The notes beneath the pieces were generated by a model. The model made no database searches. It was not told where the DNA came from and saw only the letters and a list, made by a program, of their open reading frames with translations. From a virus, in IMG/VR virus record IMGVR_UViG_3300045391_007588, positions 4,079 to 68,078 of that record: a stretch of 64,000 nt of DNA, one strand, 5' to 3'. Each line of letters begins with the position of its first letter. Position 1 is the stretch's first letter. Shown piece by piece: positions 1 through 9,473 of the stretch. The position numbers and the translations under genes are program-made.

Positions 1-16
1 GCCCGGCACCGCTGCC

Positions 17-1933
17 ATGCCCGTGCGGGTCGTGATCATCGGCCGCATCTCAACGCCTCACCAAAACGAAGAAAACATTGAGGCTTCGTACCGTTACGTG
101 GAAGATTTCCTTCGCAAACAACACCTTGGACCAATGAAGATCAAGCATCTGGGCGAGCGGGCCAGTGGCATGCTCGCCGAACGCCAAACGATCCGTCAGG
201 TGGAAGATCTAATCGCCGCAGGCCAGGTCGATTTAGTCGTGGCTGAGGATCTCTCCCGCATTTTCCGGAACCCAAGACACCAGTTCAACTTCGTACAAGA
301 TGCCGTTGATGCCGGCGTGAGGATTCTGTGCCTGGCCGACAACTTGGACACGGCGACGGAGAACTGGGAGCTGATGCTCGGGGCGGCGGGCCTGCGGCAC
401 GGACTAGTCGTCAGTGATACCCGCCGGCGAGTACGCCGAACAGCGACGCACTCGTTTCACGGCGGTGGAATGGTGATGAAAGTTCTTTTTGGCTATCGAA
501 AACTCACCAAGGAGGAAGCTCTCAGCGGTGAGTTTGGCCCCCGGGGCCTAAGACTGGCGAAGGATCCTGCTTGCACGCCGATAATCCGCCAAATGCGGGA
601 AATGGTCCTGGCCGGGAAGCCCTTTGTGAGCGTAGCTCAATGGCTTAACGGCCAGGGTATCCGGCCTGGACCGTATGTAAAGCTCGGACGCTGGTCCGCC
701 AGGCTGGTCGCAGGTTTCCTGCGAGCTCCCCTGCTGCACGGAGAGCGGACATTTCGAAATGTCATGCATCAGCCGATTCTTCGCACGGGCAAGCACCGCC
801 GGGAGCCGAACCCCAATCCCGAACGACAGACCCATGCCGAGTTGGCCCATTTTACGAGCGAAGAGCATGATGAGCTGCTTAGAGTAATTGAAGCGCGAGC
901 GGCCACTCGACGTCGCAGGCGCGGTGCCGACCATCCTCGATACCGGCTTCCTCGGTCCAACGCGATCTGGCCAGCGCAGCATCTGCTTTGCCAAATCTGC
1001 GGCGGATTGATGTATTGCTACGACAAGGACCAACTCAAGTGCAGTAACAGTTTCGGGCGTGGAGAAAAGTCGTGCTGGAACCATGTCCAAATTAGCGGTG
1101 AACGTGTCCGGCGTATTGTCCTGCAAGGCTTGTTGGATCTTGCAGAACCGATGCCGCGCGCCCGCGACATGATGTTGGATTCCTGCTGGGATGTGATGTC
1201 AAAGTCTTCGACAACCGCAGGAACGGCGCTCAGCGAAATTGACCGAGAGATCAACGTCCTGGAGCAGCAGGCTGATCGGCTAGCCAAAGCGATTGGGGAG
1301 GGTGGCGAACTGACGGCGCTAATTAAAAGGCTCAAGGATCTACAGACGGCGATCAAAGCTGCGACGGCCTGCCGGCACACGCTTCGCAGCGAATGCGACA
1401 AAGAAGTCAGGTCTCTTGATCGAAAGACCTTTCGAGCTGATCCGCTACCGGCGCTGCTGGAACTGGCGCGCAAGTCTTACGAGTTCGGAGCGCTGCTGAA
1501 CGAGTTCATTCCAGAGGCCAAAGTCGTTCCCGTCCAAGACCTGTTGCATGGCCAAGTGCGTCCTCGGATTAGGGTCAAAGTCGCACTCCTCACCGCAGCC
1601 AAAATGTCCGAAGCGCAGTCACGGATTACCTTGCACTCTGGAGTATTCGACGTGTTCGATCAGCCGGAGCATATTCGCCATCTGCCTCGAATTCGAAACT
1701 TCCGCCAAGAGCAGCCGGGTGCCAGTTACACCCAAATCGCCGTCGCGATCGGTATCGGAAAAATGACCGTCAAACGTGCGATGCACTACTTAAAGCTAAT
1801 GGAACAGCACGGCGTGTGTGATCCGTACGTCGAATTAACATCGAAGCCAGTTCGGGCCTCGCGGTGGAAGCACCGCGATGATGGTTGCCACGAGTCGCGC
1901 TTGTCCGATGCTCGACTTGACGACCGTAGTTAA
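17..1933 (+). CDS. Large serine recombinase (resolvase + recombinase + Zn ribbon + coiled coil + C-terminal HTH)
   Basis: GRISTPHQ catalytic Ser motif, VVAEDLSRIFR, CQICGGLM...KC Zn ribbon, coiled coil, ASYTQIAVAIGIGKMTVKRA HTH. Confidence 0.9.
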   Translation: MPVRVVIIGRISTPHQNEENIEASYRYVEDFLRKQHLGPMKIKHLGERASGMLAERQTIRQVEDLIAAGQVDLVVAEDLSRIFRNPRHQFNFVQDAVDAGVRILCLADNLDTATENWELMLGAAGLRHGLVVSDTRRRVRRTATHSFHGGGMVMKVLFGYRKLTKEEALSGEFGPRGLRLAKDPACTPIIRQMREMVLAGKPFVSVAQWLNGQGIRPGPYVKLGRWSARLVAGFLRAPLLHGERTFRNVMHQPILRTGKHRREPNPNPERQTHAELAHFTSEEHDELLRVIEARAATRRRRRGADHPRYRLPRSNAIWPAQHLLCQICGGLMYCYDKDQLKCSNSFGRGEKSCWNHVQISGERVRRIVLQGLLDLAEPMPRARDMMLDSCWDVMSKSSTTAGTALSEIDREINVLEQQADRLAKAIGEGGELTALIKRLKDLQTAIKAATACRHTLRSECDKEVRSLDRKTFRADPLPALLELARKSYEFGALLNEFIPEAKVVPVQDLLHGQVRPRIRVKVALLTAAKMSEAQSRITLHSGVFDVFDQPEHIRHLPRIRNFRQEQPGASYTQIAVAIGIGKMTVKRAMHYLKLMEQHGVCDPYVELTSKPVRASRWKHRDDGCHESRLSDARLDDRS

Positions 1934-2127
1934 GTCTGAATGCCGATTAGCTACTCAGTTCGCAGGTCTATCAACGTCGCGCCACGCGCTTGGAAGGAGC
2001 TACGGGCGTTGAGCGGCGGTGCGTTGCCAAATCAAGCCGGCGATCTTCCCCTGGAAAGCGACTTTGATCCTTCGCAGAGGCATGTAACAAGTTCTTCCAC
2101 ATTTTCGCGGCCCTCAAGGAACGCCAA

Positions 2128-2322
2128 ATGACTACGACGATTCCCGTTTTGTTTCTGTCACTCGCGCTGGCTATCACCGTGATTGTGCTTGCTCGTGAGC
2201 GGCGGCTCCGACTGGCACTTCAGGTGCTGCTGGCACGATTACTCTCTCGCTGGAGAAACCATGCCGAAAAAGATCGCGATTCTGACCATGTTGGTGACAA
2301 ACTTTCTAACAAGCGGCTGTGA
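2128..2322 (+). CDS. Small single-TM hypothetical protein
   Basis: 64 aa ORF with hydrophobic N-terminus, overlapping the next gene. Confidence 0.45.
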   Translation: MTTTIPVLFLSLALAITVIVLARERRLRLALQVLLARLLSRWRNHAEKDRDSDHVGDKLSNKRL

Positions 2323-2797
2323 GACCGACGACGAGCGGCTTGCCAAACTGGCGACCGACTCAGCAGAGCGGCAAGCCAGGCAGTCCGAGATATTGGCAAA
2401 GGCCCATGCCGACCTGACACAAGGCGCCCGTCAATTAGTTGAGTCGGTCGGCCGTTCCCAAGAATCGCTGGTGACCGTTCAACAGGGCCTCGAACAGCAG
2501 CAGGCCGAAATCGGTCACCAACGTGATCTGCTCGAAAAAGAACGACAGACGATTGCTGCACAGCGTCGCACGGATCCAATCATCGCCAATGCCCTCGTCC
2601 AAATCGGCCTGCTCGTGGCCTGCGTGCTGCCCTTGGTGATCTGCTGGTACCTCCTGACCAATCCAGGTGCAAACGACGCTGACCGGCTCGTCAGCGAAAT
2701 ACTGATCGAGGACCTGACGGCCAAACAACCTCGATTGACTGCCGGTCCGCCGGCGGCATCGGCTGAGCCTAAAGGCCATCTGCCGCCGCCGCAATAG
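2261..2797 (+). CDS. Lipoprotein-like coiled-coil membrane protein
   Basis: GGAGA RBS before ATG at 2261; signal-like MPKKIAIL...LTSGC, Q/E-rich coiled coil, one TM segment (ALVQIGLLVACVLPLVICWYLL). Confidence 0.65.
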   Translation: MPKKIAILTMLVTNFLTSGCETDDERLAKLATDSAERQARQSEILAKAHADLTQGARQLVESVGRSQESLVTVQQGLEQQQAEIGHQRDLLEKERQTIAAQRRTDPIIANALVQIGLLVACVLPLVICWYLLTNPGANDADRLVSEILIEDLTAKQPRLTAGPPAASAEPKGHLPPPQ

Positions 2798-2885
2798 TCC
2801 GGCGGGGCTTTTACTTTCACCCTTTTTAGCCAGCCATCGGCGCACTGGGTGCGCTGACTGGCTGACTGTCATTAGGAGTTTTCCA

Positions 2886-3254
2886 TTGTCTCACATCGTC
2901 ACAATCCAAACCCAAATTCGAAGTCCTGCGGCAATCGCCCTGGCCTGCGAGCGATTGCAATTGCCGCCGCCTCGTCAAGGAACATTTCAGCTGTTCAGCG
3001 GCCAGGCAACTGGCTGGTGCGTCGATCTTCCTAGTTGGCGCTATCCGGTCGTCTGTCAGACCGACTCAGGTGTACTCAGGTACGACAACTTCGAGGGGCG
3101 CTGGGGTGATCCCAACCTGCTCAATAGGTTTCTCCAACGGTATGCCGTCGAGGCCGCCAAATTGGCCGCGCGTCACATGGGCCAGACAGCGATCGAGCAG
3201 CCGCTGCCGGATGGGTCGATCAAGCTGACCATTCAGGTCGGAGGTGCAACATGA
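2886..3254 (+). CDS. DUF1257 (Ycf35-like) family protein
   Basis: MSHIVTIQTQIR start, YDNFEGRWG motif, LQRYAVEAAK, AGGAG RBS before TTG; adjacent to DUF2997 and AAA genes. Confidence 0.75.
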   Translation: MSHIVTIQTQIRSPAAIALACERLQLPPPRQGTFQLFSGQATGWCVDLPSWRYPVVCQTDSGVLRYDNFEGRWGDPNLLNRFLQRYAVEAAKLAARHMGQTAIEQPLPDGSIKLTIQVGGAT

Positions 3255-3442
3255 AACAAATCGTCGTCACCATCAGTCCCAACGGTCAAACCACGGTCGC
3301 TGCCGAAGGCTTCGAAGGCAGTCAATGCCGTGATGCCACGGCACGGCTACGGGAGATTCTGGGCCTGTCGATCAAGGAGCAGTTGACACCCGGGTATTAC
3401 CAGTCTCGGACGACCGCGCAACAGGAGGAGAATCGTGCATGA
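3251..3442 (+). CDS. DUF2997 family protein
   Basis: ISPNGQTTVAAEGFEGSQC...LG...TPGYY pattern, 63 aa, ATGA-coupled to DUF1257. Confidence 0.75.
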   Translation: MKQIVVTISPNGQTTVAAEGFEGSQCRDATARLREILGLSIKEQLTPGYYQSRTTAQQEENRA

Positions 3443-4068
3443 TGCGATCTCTCTTGTTGGTGGTGGAGGGCATCCACGATGCACAGTTCCTTTTGCGGCT
3501 GTCCGATCGCCTGCGACACGACATACCAGATTCTCCAGACTTGCGCGAATGGGTTGCAGCGGGAAAGATTGTGCTGGTGCCCGTGGGCGGTGGCGATCCG
3601 GCTTCCTGGCCTGACCGCTTTGGTTCGCTCGGTCATCGCGAATTTCACTTGTATGATCGCGAACAATCACCGGAAACTCAGGTTCGGCAATTGGCCATTG
3701 AGCACATCAACAACCGGCCCGGATGTCAGGGTTTCCTGACCAGCAAGCGATCGATCGAGAATTATTTGCACACTCAGGCCATTACGGATGCCGGTGGTGG
3801 CCACGTCACTTTCGGTGACCACAATCCAGTGTGTTTGCTACTAGCCCGCCATTGGTATCACCCGTCGCCGGCGTCCCCGCCCTGGGACAACCTCCCGCGG
3901 CGCACGCAGCGCCGGTTGGCCGCACAGGCCAAACGCTGGCTCAATACGGCCGCGGTTGATTGCATGTCGGCCGCACTCCTTGCCGAACGGGATCCTGCGG
4001 GTGAAGTGCTGGGCTGGTTTCGCGCGATTGGGGAACTAGCTGAGGTCACCAGCCTGGTGGGCTCGTGA
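3439..4068 (+). CDS. Stand-alone TOPRIM domain of OLD/ATP-dependent endonuclease type
   Basis: LVVEGIHD, PVGGG, YDRE and SIENYL motifs; no ATPase domain attached. Confidence 0.7.
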   Translation: MMRSLLLVVEGIHDAQFLLRLSDRLRHDIPDSPDLREWVAAGKIVLVPVGGGDPASWPDRFGSLGHREFHLYDREQSPETQVRQLAIEHINNRPGCQGFLTSKRSIENYLHTQAITDAGGGHVTFGDHNPVCLLLARHWYHPSPASPPWDNLPRRTQRRLAAQAKRWLNTAAVDCMSAALLAERDPAGEVLGWFRAIGELAEVTSLVGS

Positions 4069-4180
4069 CCCATTTTGCGTTGCCGTTCATCTCGTCAGGC
4101 ACATTGCTGGGTCGCAAAACGTCTGTGTCGTCCGACGGCTAGTGACATCTCTTTTTATTCTTGATTAAGGAACATCCTTC

Positions 4181-5674
4181 ATGGCTCTTGCTACGCAACT
4201 TGCGGAGTACGTTCGCGCCTGCTTTACCGGGCTTTGGATCCACAGTCACGAGCACTCCGATGCGCTGACCGAGATCGCCCAGCTCTGCCAGGCCGAATCC
4301 TGGCGATTGGCTGTGTGGGACGTGGCGCACGGTCTGGCCATCGACGGCCAGGCGGCGGAATCCGCCACGGACCCGCTGGCGGCCATTCGATCGCTTCCCG
4401 GTCTGGCTCACCCGGAAAGCTCGGCTCTGCTGGTTTTAGTCAACTTCCATCGGTTTCTGCAGTCGGCCGAGGTTATTCAGACTTTGGCTCACCAGTTGGC
4501 TCTCGGCAAACAGCAGCGAACGTTTGTGGTGATCCTTTCGCCCGTCGTGCAGATCCCCACGGAGCTAGACAAGCAATTCGTGATCTTGGAACACGAACTA
4601 CCCAGCCGGGAGCAGTTGCTGGATATCGCTCGCGGTCTCGTCACACAGACGAATGATCTGCCTGAATCAGCAGAGTTGGAGGGCGTTTTGGATGCGGCAG
4701 CAGGCCTGACCCGACACGAAGCGGAAGGGGCTTTCAGCCTGTCCTTGACCCGTCATGACCGGATCACGGCCCCGCCGATCTGGCAGCTCAAAGGCGAGGC
4801 ACTGACCCGCAGTGGATTGGTGCAGCTTTACCGGGGTCAACAGCGCTTCGATGACCTGGGCGGCCTCGATGCGCTGAAGGCCTTTTGTCTCCGCGCTTTA
4901 CGGCGGATACCAAACCGCATGAGCGAGCTGCGGCCGCGGGGCATTATGCTCCTGGGCATTCCTGGCACCGGAAAATCCGCCATCGCAAAAGCACTCGGCA
5001 CTGAAACCGGCAGGCCGACGCTAGCCCTCGATTTTGGGTCGCTATTCGGATCGCTCGTTGGCCAAAGCGAACAGAATATCCGCCAAGCACTGAAAATCAT
5101 CGACGCCATGTCGCCCGCGGTGGTCTTTATTGACGAAGTCGAAAAGGCACTAGGCGGCGCAGCGTTAGGTGGTGCCGGCGACAGCGGCGTCTCCGCTCGC
5201 CTATTCGGTACATTACTGACCTGGCTCAATGACCGAGAGTCGGACACATTCGTTGTTGCCACCTGCAACGACGTTGCCCGCCTGCCGCCCGAATTCAGTC
5301 GGGCCGAGCGTTTTGATGCGATTTTCTTCTTGGATCTCCCCAGCCCAAAGCAGCGCGAGGCGATTTGGGATCTCTATATCCAGCGGTTCCATTTAGACCC
5401 ACAGCAAGACCGCCCAGTCGATGAGGGGTTCACGGGCGCCGAGATTAAGGCCTGCTGCCGACTGGCTGCGTTGTTGGATCTGCCGCTCAAGGCGGCAGCC
5501 CATTACGTTGTACCCATCTCGCGCACCGCCGGTGAATCCGTCGAGCGGCTGCGCCAATGGGCCTCAGGCCGCTGTTTGGATGCCGAGGGTGGCGGAATCT
5601 ATCAGGTTCGCCCAGCTGGGGCCGCCCCCAGGCGGCGCGTTAGCCGGGGCTCGGTCGATCCATCGGCCAACTGA
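4181..5674 (+). CDS. AAA+ ATPase (Ycf46-like: degenerate N-terminal module plus active AAA domain)
   Basis: Walker A GIPGTGKS, Walker B VFIDE, ATCND sensor, RAERFD arginine-finger region. Confidence 0.9.
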   Translation: MALATQLAEYVRACFTGLWIHSHEHSDALTEIAQLCQAESWRLAVWDVAHGLAIDGQAAESATDPLAAIRSLPGLAHPESSALLVLVNFHRFLQSAEVIQTLAHQLALGKQQRTFVVILSPVVQIPTELDKQFVILEHELPSREQLLDIARGLVTQTNDLPESAELEGVLDAAAGLTRHEAEGAFSLSLTRHDRITAPPIWQLKGEALTRSGLVQLYRGQQRFDDLGGLDALKAFCLRALRRIPNRMSELRPRGIMLLGIPGTGKSAIAKALGTETGRPTLALDFGSLFGSLVGQSEQNIRQALKIIDAMSPAVVFIDEVEKALGGAALGGAGDSGVSARLFGTLLTWLNDRESDTFVVATCNDVARLPPEFSRAERFDAIFFLDLPSPKQREAIWDLYIQRFHLDPQQDRPVDEGFTGAEIKACCRLAALLDLPLKAAAHYVVPISRTAGESVERLRQWASGRCLDAEGGGIYQVRPAGAAPRRRVSRGSVDPSAN

Positions 5675-5741
5675 CGGCGATGTCCGCCGCCGCGCGGCAA
5701 CTCGATTGTTTCTTTGTTCCTTCCTAAGGAGATATGCATTC

Positions 5742-6689
5742 ATGCCTAAGTTGATGGATCCTCCCACGCACCCGTCACGGGACATACCAGCCGCCCAGCG
5801 GTTGCGGTCTGAAATGGCGGCCGTGCGGCTGGCGTTTGTGTGGCTCGGGACACGGAAGACCCTGACCCACGAACAGACTTCCCAAGCGGCAGACACGTTC
5901 GGTGCGGAGGAGGACTTTTTCTCCGCCCGTAAAAAACTGCTGGATACGTCGCACCCGGCCTTCAAGGCCGTGACGAGCGTGCGTACACGCACCATTGCCT
6001 ACTGGAAAGGGATGGCACTCCCCTTTCCCGAGCCGGCCGTGCGTCTCATTCGCCAGGATGACATTGGCATTTTCAGCGTTCAGATGACGACGTTCCAGGC
6101 CGAGCTGGCCGAAGCCGTCGCGGAACTCGGCCAGCATTATCAGGAGCTGAAACATGCCGCTCGGCAGCGCCTGGGGCGGCTGTTCAACGCGGCCGACTAT
6201 CCTGAGGAGCTGACGGCATTATTTGCGGTCAGTTTTGATTTTCCGAGTGTCGAGCCGCCCGAGTATTTGCAGCGGCTGAGTCCGCAGCTCTATGCGCAAG
6301 AGTCGGCGCGTGTGGCCGCCCGCTTCGATGAAGCCGTTCGCCTGACGGAAGATGCCTTCATCGATGAGCTGTCCAAGCTGGTCTCGCATCTCACCGAGCG
6401 GCTCAGTGGCCGCGAGGACGGCAAACCCAAAATCTTCCGGGACTCGGCGGTCGAGAACCTGCAAGCGTTCTTCGAGCGTTTCCGGCATCTCAATGTGCGG
6501 TCCCATCAGCAGCTCGATGATCTGGTCAACCAGGTTCGGCAGATGACCCAAGGCGTCCAGCCACAGTCACTGCGGGAAAGCTCAACCCTTCGACAGCAGG
6601 TTGCCACGCAGCTTTCGGGAGTCCAAGCCGTCCTGGATCGCCTGCTGGTCGATCGGCCACGGCGGGTCCTGCAGCGCCGACCGCGCTAG
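5742..6689 (+). CDS. Helical conserved hypothetical protein (DUF3150-like)
   Basis: AAGGAG RBS, 315 aa coiled-coil-rich ORF after the AAA gene; family name by resemblance only. Confidence 0.65.
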   Translation: MPKLMDPPTHPSRDIPAAQRLRSEMAAVRLAFVWLGTRKTLTHEQTSQAADTFGAEEDFFSARKKLLDTSHPAFKAVTSVRTRTIAYWKGMALPFPEPAVRLIRQDDIGIFSVQMTTFQAELAEAVAELGQHYQELKHAARQRLGRLFNAADYPEELTALFAVSFDFPSVEPPEYLQRLSPQLYAQESARVAARFDEAVRLTEDAFIDELSKLVSHLTERLSGREDGKPKIFRDSAVENLQAFFERFRHLNVRSHQQLDDLVNQVRQMTQGVQPQSLRESSTLRQQVATQLSGVQAVLDRLLVDRPRRVLQRRPR

Positions 6690-6701
6690 AAAGGCCCCGC
6701 T

Positions 6702-6953
6702 ATGGAACTGGTGATTCGGCCGAACGGATGGATCTGTTGCATCTACGGCGAAGCTTTTGACTTGGCGGTGCTCGGCAAAGCAGAGATCCGTCGAGCTTCG
6801 CAGGTGGAGCCCGATGAATTGGGACGGTGGCGAGCAGACCTGGCCCCAGTCGGCGGTCCCGTGCTGGGCCCGTTTATCCTGCGAAGCAAGGCGCTGGCCG
6901 CCGAACAAGCTTGGCTGAGCACGCATTGGCTGTGCGCTGGCCAGTCTGAGTGA
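6702..6953 (+). CDS. Hypothetical protein
   Basis: AAAGG RBS, protein-like sequence (CIYGEAFDL...RRASQVEPD...WRADLAPVGGPVLGPF), in operon. Confidence 0.65.
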   Translation: MELVIRPNGWICCIYGEAFDLAVLGKAEIRRASQVEPDELGRWRADLAPVGGPVLGPFILRSKALAAEQAWLSTHWLCAGQSE

Positions 6954-7061
6954 GTGTTGGCGGAAGCCAATTTTCTGTTCGTTGTTTCCTGGCCCGGTAG
7001 TTCGTCGCGTCAACGACTAACCACCGGGCCATTTTCATTTCTTGATCCTGAGGAGAACCGT

Positions 7062-7256
7062 ATGACGCAATCTCAACTTCATCGTGCGCTGTCCAAGGCC
7101 ACCGGTGAATCGGTCCGCATCATCAAACAGCGCGGCTTCTCGCTATTGGAACCCGACATCCATCGGCTCGACGACGAGGGGTTCGATGTGCCGCCCCAGA
7201 CCGTCGATTGGGACCGGTTGGAGGCCGATCGCATGGCCCTGGCCATCCAGGCCTGA
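7062..7256 (+). CDS. Small hypothetical protein
   Basis: GAGGAG RBS before ATG at 7062; MTQSQLHRALSKATGES...VDWD. Confidence 0.6.
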   Translation: MTQSQLHRALSKATGESVRIIKQRGFSLLEPDIHRLDDEGFDVPPQTVDWDRLEADRMALAIQA

Positions 7257-7517
7257 TGCCATGCGCACACACCCTTTCTTCCGGCCGGCAGCACCGGCGC
7301 GGTGCTCGCTGCCTCCCAGCAAGGCCAAAGTTCACCACACGACAATCTGCCGCCGCAATCTACGCGGCGGCCAAGTCCGTGGTCGGCGGCGCCGGCGAAT
7401 CAAGCTGCGGCGATCCGTTCGATCGCGAATCGAACGGCCCGCGCATCGTTGATGGCTCACGGCCGAATCGGCCGTGAGCCATTTCTTATTTCTTCCCGAA
7501 TCTCCAAGAAGGTCTTT

Positions 7518-7739
7518 ATGAAAGTGCTTGTGATCAACAATCAAGGCGGCGGTTTTGCGGATTATGTGGAAGCCCCGGCCGGCATGACCGTGCGGGAATT
7601 GTTTCAACGTGAAGTCCGCTCCGGTAAAGCCGAAGACTACTTGATTCGTTGCAATCGGCAGCCGGTCGCCTCCGACCAGACGCTCCAGGAAGGGGACCGC
7701 GTAAGCTTCACTCCCGTCAGAATTGAAGGAGCCCACTAG
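7518..7739 (+). CDS. Ubiquitin-like beta-grasp protein (MoaD/ThiS-like)
   Basis: 73 aa; [26 protein letters not shown] and a C-terminal EGAH; upstream of E2, JAB and E1. Confidence 0.8.
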   Translation: MKVLVINNQGGGFADYVEAPAGMTVRELFQREVRSGKAEDYLIRCNRQPVASDQTLQEGDRVSFTPVRIEGAH

Positions 7740-7822
7740 TTCATTCCAAGGCGACCGTTCCGAACGTCAGGCGCAGCGGAGTGCTTGGCTTTCGGACGGT
7801 CGCGAATTGGAGGAACCATTCT

Positions 7823-8878
7823 ATGAAGCACGACTCGGCTGTTCGGCGGCCCAGGTGGCGCGCCGCTCAAAAGATTCATGATCACCTCTGCTCCATGGGG
7901 CGCTTGGCGGGCCACTTCCACCCGCCCAGCGAGTTGTGGCAGGAGCTAGTGATCACTGCGGCACGCCTGGTGGACGTGCTGGCTCGCGGCTGGCGCGTGG
8001 CGGGTGAGCAAGTCTTGGAAGACCTGACGTATAGCACGCGGCGCTTGGAGCGCGAATTGGAAACCCTTCGCGGACAATTGCCACGGACGCTCCGGTTACC
8101 GAGCGTTTTGTCGGTAAGCGACCTCGTGGCCGATCTGGCCGCTTTGGAAGCGGAGTTCGATGATGTCGAGTTGGATATCCATGAGCGTACTATCAGCGCA
8201 ATCACGGGTCCCATTGAGCTGGAAGGCATGTATTTGGGACGGTTCCGCATCACGCTCCACTGGGAAACAATCGGCGGAGGCCAAGCTTATCAAGTCGAAG
8301 CCACCGAGCCCTATGCCGCTGAAGGCACGGACGACGTCACCCACCCTCACGTTCGCGATGGCCAACTGTGCGAGGGAGAGGGAACAGCTCCCATTAAGAG
8401 CGCACTGAGCCAAGGTCGGCTGCTCGATTTCTTCATGCTCGTCAGGCAGATCCTGGAAACTTACAACCCCGCGAGCGCGCACGTGGCGCTCGACCGCTGG
8501 GACGGTGTGAACTGCCGCGACTGCGGTAGCCGGATGAGTCGGGACGAGCACGGCAGGTGTGAGTGGTGCGAAGATCCGCTCTGTAGCGATTGCTCGCATT
8601 GCTGCGAAAGCTGTGACAGGTATACCTGCAGTGGCTGCTCAGCCGAGTGCGCTGCCTGTGGCTCTTACTTCTGCACGAATTGCCTCACAACCGGTGTTGG
8701 CGCAGGCCGTCTCCTGTGCCGCAATTGCCTCGAATCTGAACAGGAAAACGAAAATGATATCGAACCGAACTCGGAACCAGACGATTCGGCTGCCAGGCCA
8801 ACAGGCCAATCGGACGCCGTGTACGACACCGCTCCGCTTCACGCCTTATGCCTGGGCAAAGCTGCTGTTTCTGCGTGA
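7823..8878 (+). CDS. E2/UBC-like protein with N-terminal coiled coil and C-terminal poly-CxxC Zn-binding region
   Basis: GGAGG RBS; THPHVRDGQLC matches the E2 HP(N/H)-x-catalytic Cys pattern; eight CxxC pairs in the C-terminal third. Confidence 0.7.
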   Translation: MKHDSAVRRPRWRAAQKIHDHLCSMGRLAGHFHPPSELWQELVITAARLVDVLARGWRVAGEQVLEDLTYSTRRLERELETLRGQLPRTLRLPSVLSVSDLVADLAALEAEFDDVELDIHERTISAITGPIELEGMYLGRFRITLHWETIGGGQAYQVEATEPYAAEGTDDVTHPHVRDGQLCEGEGTAPIKSALSQGRLLDFFMLVRQILETYNPASAHVALDRWDGVNCRDCGSRMSRDEHGRCEWCEDPLCSDCSHCCESCDRYTCSGCSAECAACGSYFCTNCLTTGVGAGRLLCRNCLESEQENENDIEPNSEPDDSAARPTGQSDAVYDTAPLHALCLGKAAVSA

Positions 8879-9473
8879 TCTCGGACCGACCGAGGTGGGC
8901 GGCTTTGGCATTAGCGTCTGGAAGGACCCATTGCTCGTCGAAGATGTGCTGCTGATCCGTCAACACTGCACGGCGATTACCGTCAAGTTCGATGACGCAG
9001 CTGTCGCTGATTTCTTCGATGACCAAGTCGATCAAGGAAAAATGCCCGAGGAATTTGCGAGGATTTGGATCCATACGCATCCGGGCACCTCGGCCGTTCC
9101 CAGTGGCGTTGATGAAGAGACGTTTGCACGATCGTTTGGAGAGGCCGATTGGGCTTTGATGTTCATTCTAGCGCGCGGCGGGCGGACCTACGCGCGACTA
9201 CGCTTTAGCGCCGGTCCGACCGGCCAGCTCTGGCTCCCAGTCGAGGTGGATTTTGGGCAGCCGTTTGCTGCATCTACTCCAGCGACTTGGGAAGACGAGT
9301 ATTGTCGTTTAGTGACCCGGGAACCAGTCTCGAGGGAGCGACCGCCGTCGGTGAAAGCCGGAGATTCGCAGCTCGAGATGGCGGCCCTGAGTGATTTGGT
9401 TGAACCAGTACACATCGTCGACGAGCCGTTCCTTCGTTGGCCAAGGGAGGTATTTGATGAACGAGTATTCTGA
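8754..9473 (+). CDS. JAB/MPN+ metallopeptidase (deubiquitinase-like)
   Basis: TEVGGFG Glu followed by WIHTHPG...PSGVD, the JAMM HxH-x7-S-x2-D motif. Confidence 0.8.
   Translation: MISNRTRNQTIRLPGQQANRTPCTTPLRFTPYAWAKLLFLRDLGPTEVGGFGISVWKDPLLVEDVLLIRQHCTAITVKFDDAAVADFFDDQVDQGKMPEEFARIWIHTHPGTSAVPSGVDEETFARSFGEADWALMFILARGGRTYARLRFSAGPTGQLWLPVEVDFGQPFAASTPATWEDEYCRLVTREPVSRERPPSVKAGDSQLEMAALSDLVEPVHIVDEPFLRWPREVFDERVF

Noticed and set aside
2783-2815. Terminator after the lipoprotein gene
   Set aside because: Only a 6-bp stem with an 8-nt loop and an interrupted T-tract; too weak to call, although it would matter for operon structure
8754-8878. Functional dual-coding overlap between E2 and JAB
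   Set aside because: Both overlapping tails are low-complexity, and the JAB start may lie further downstream
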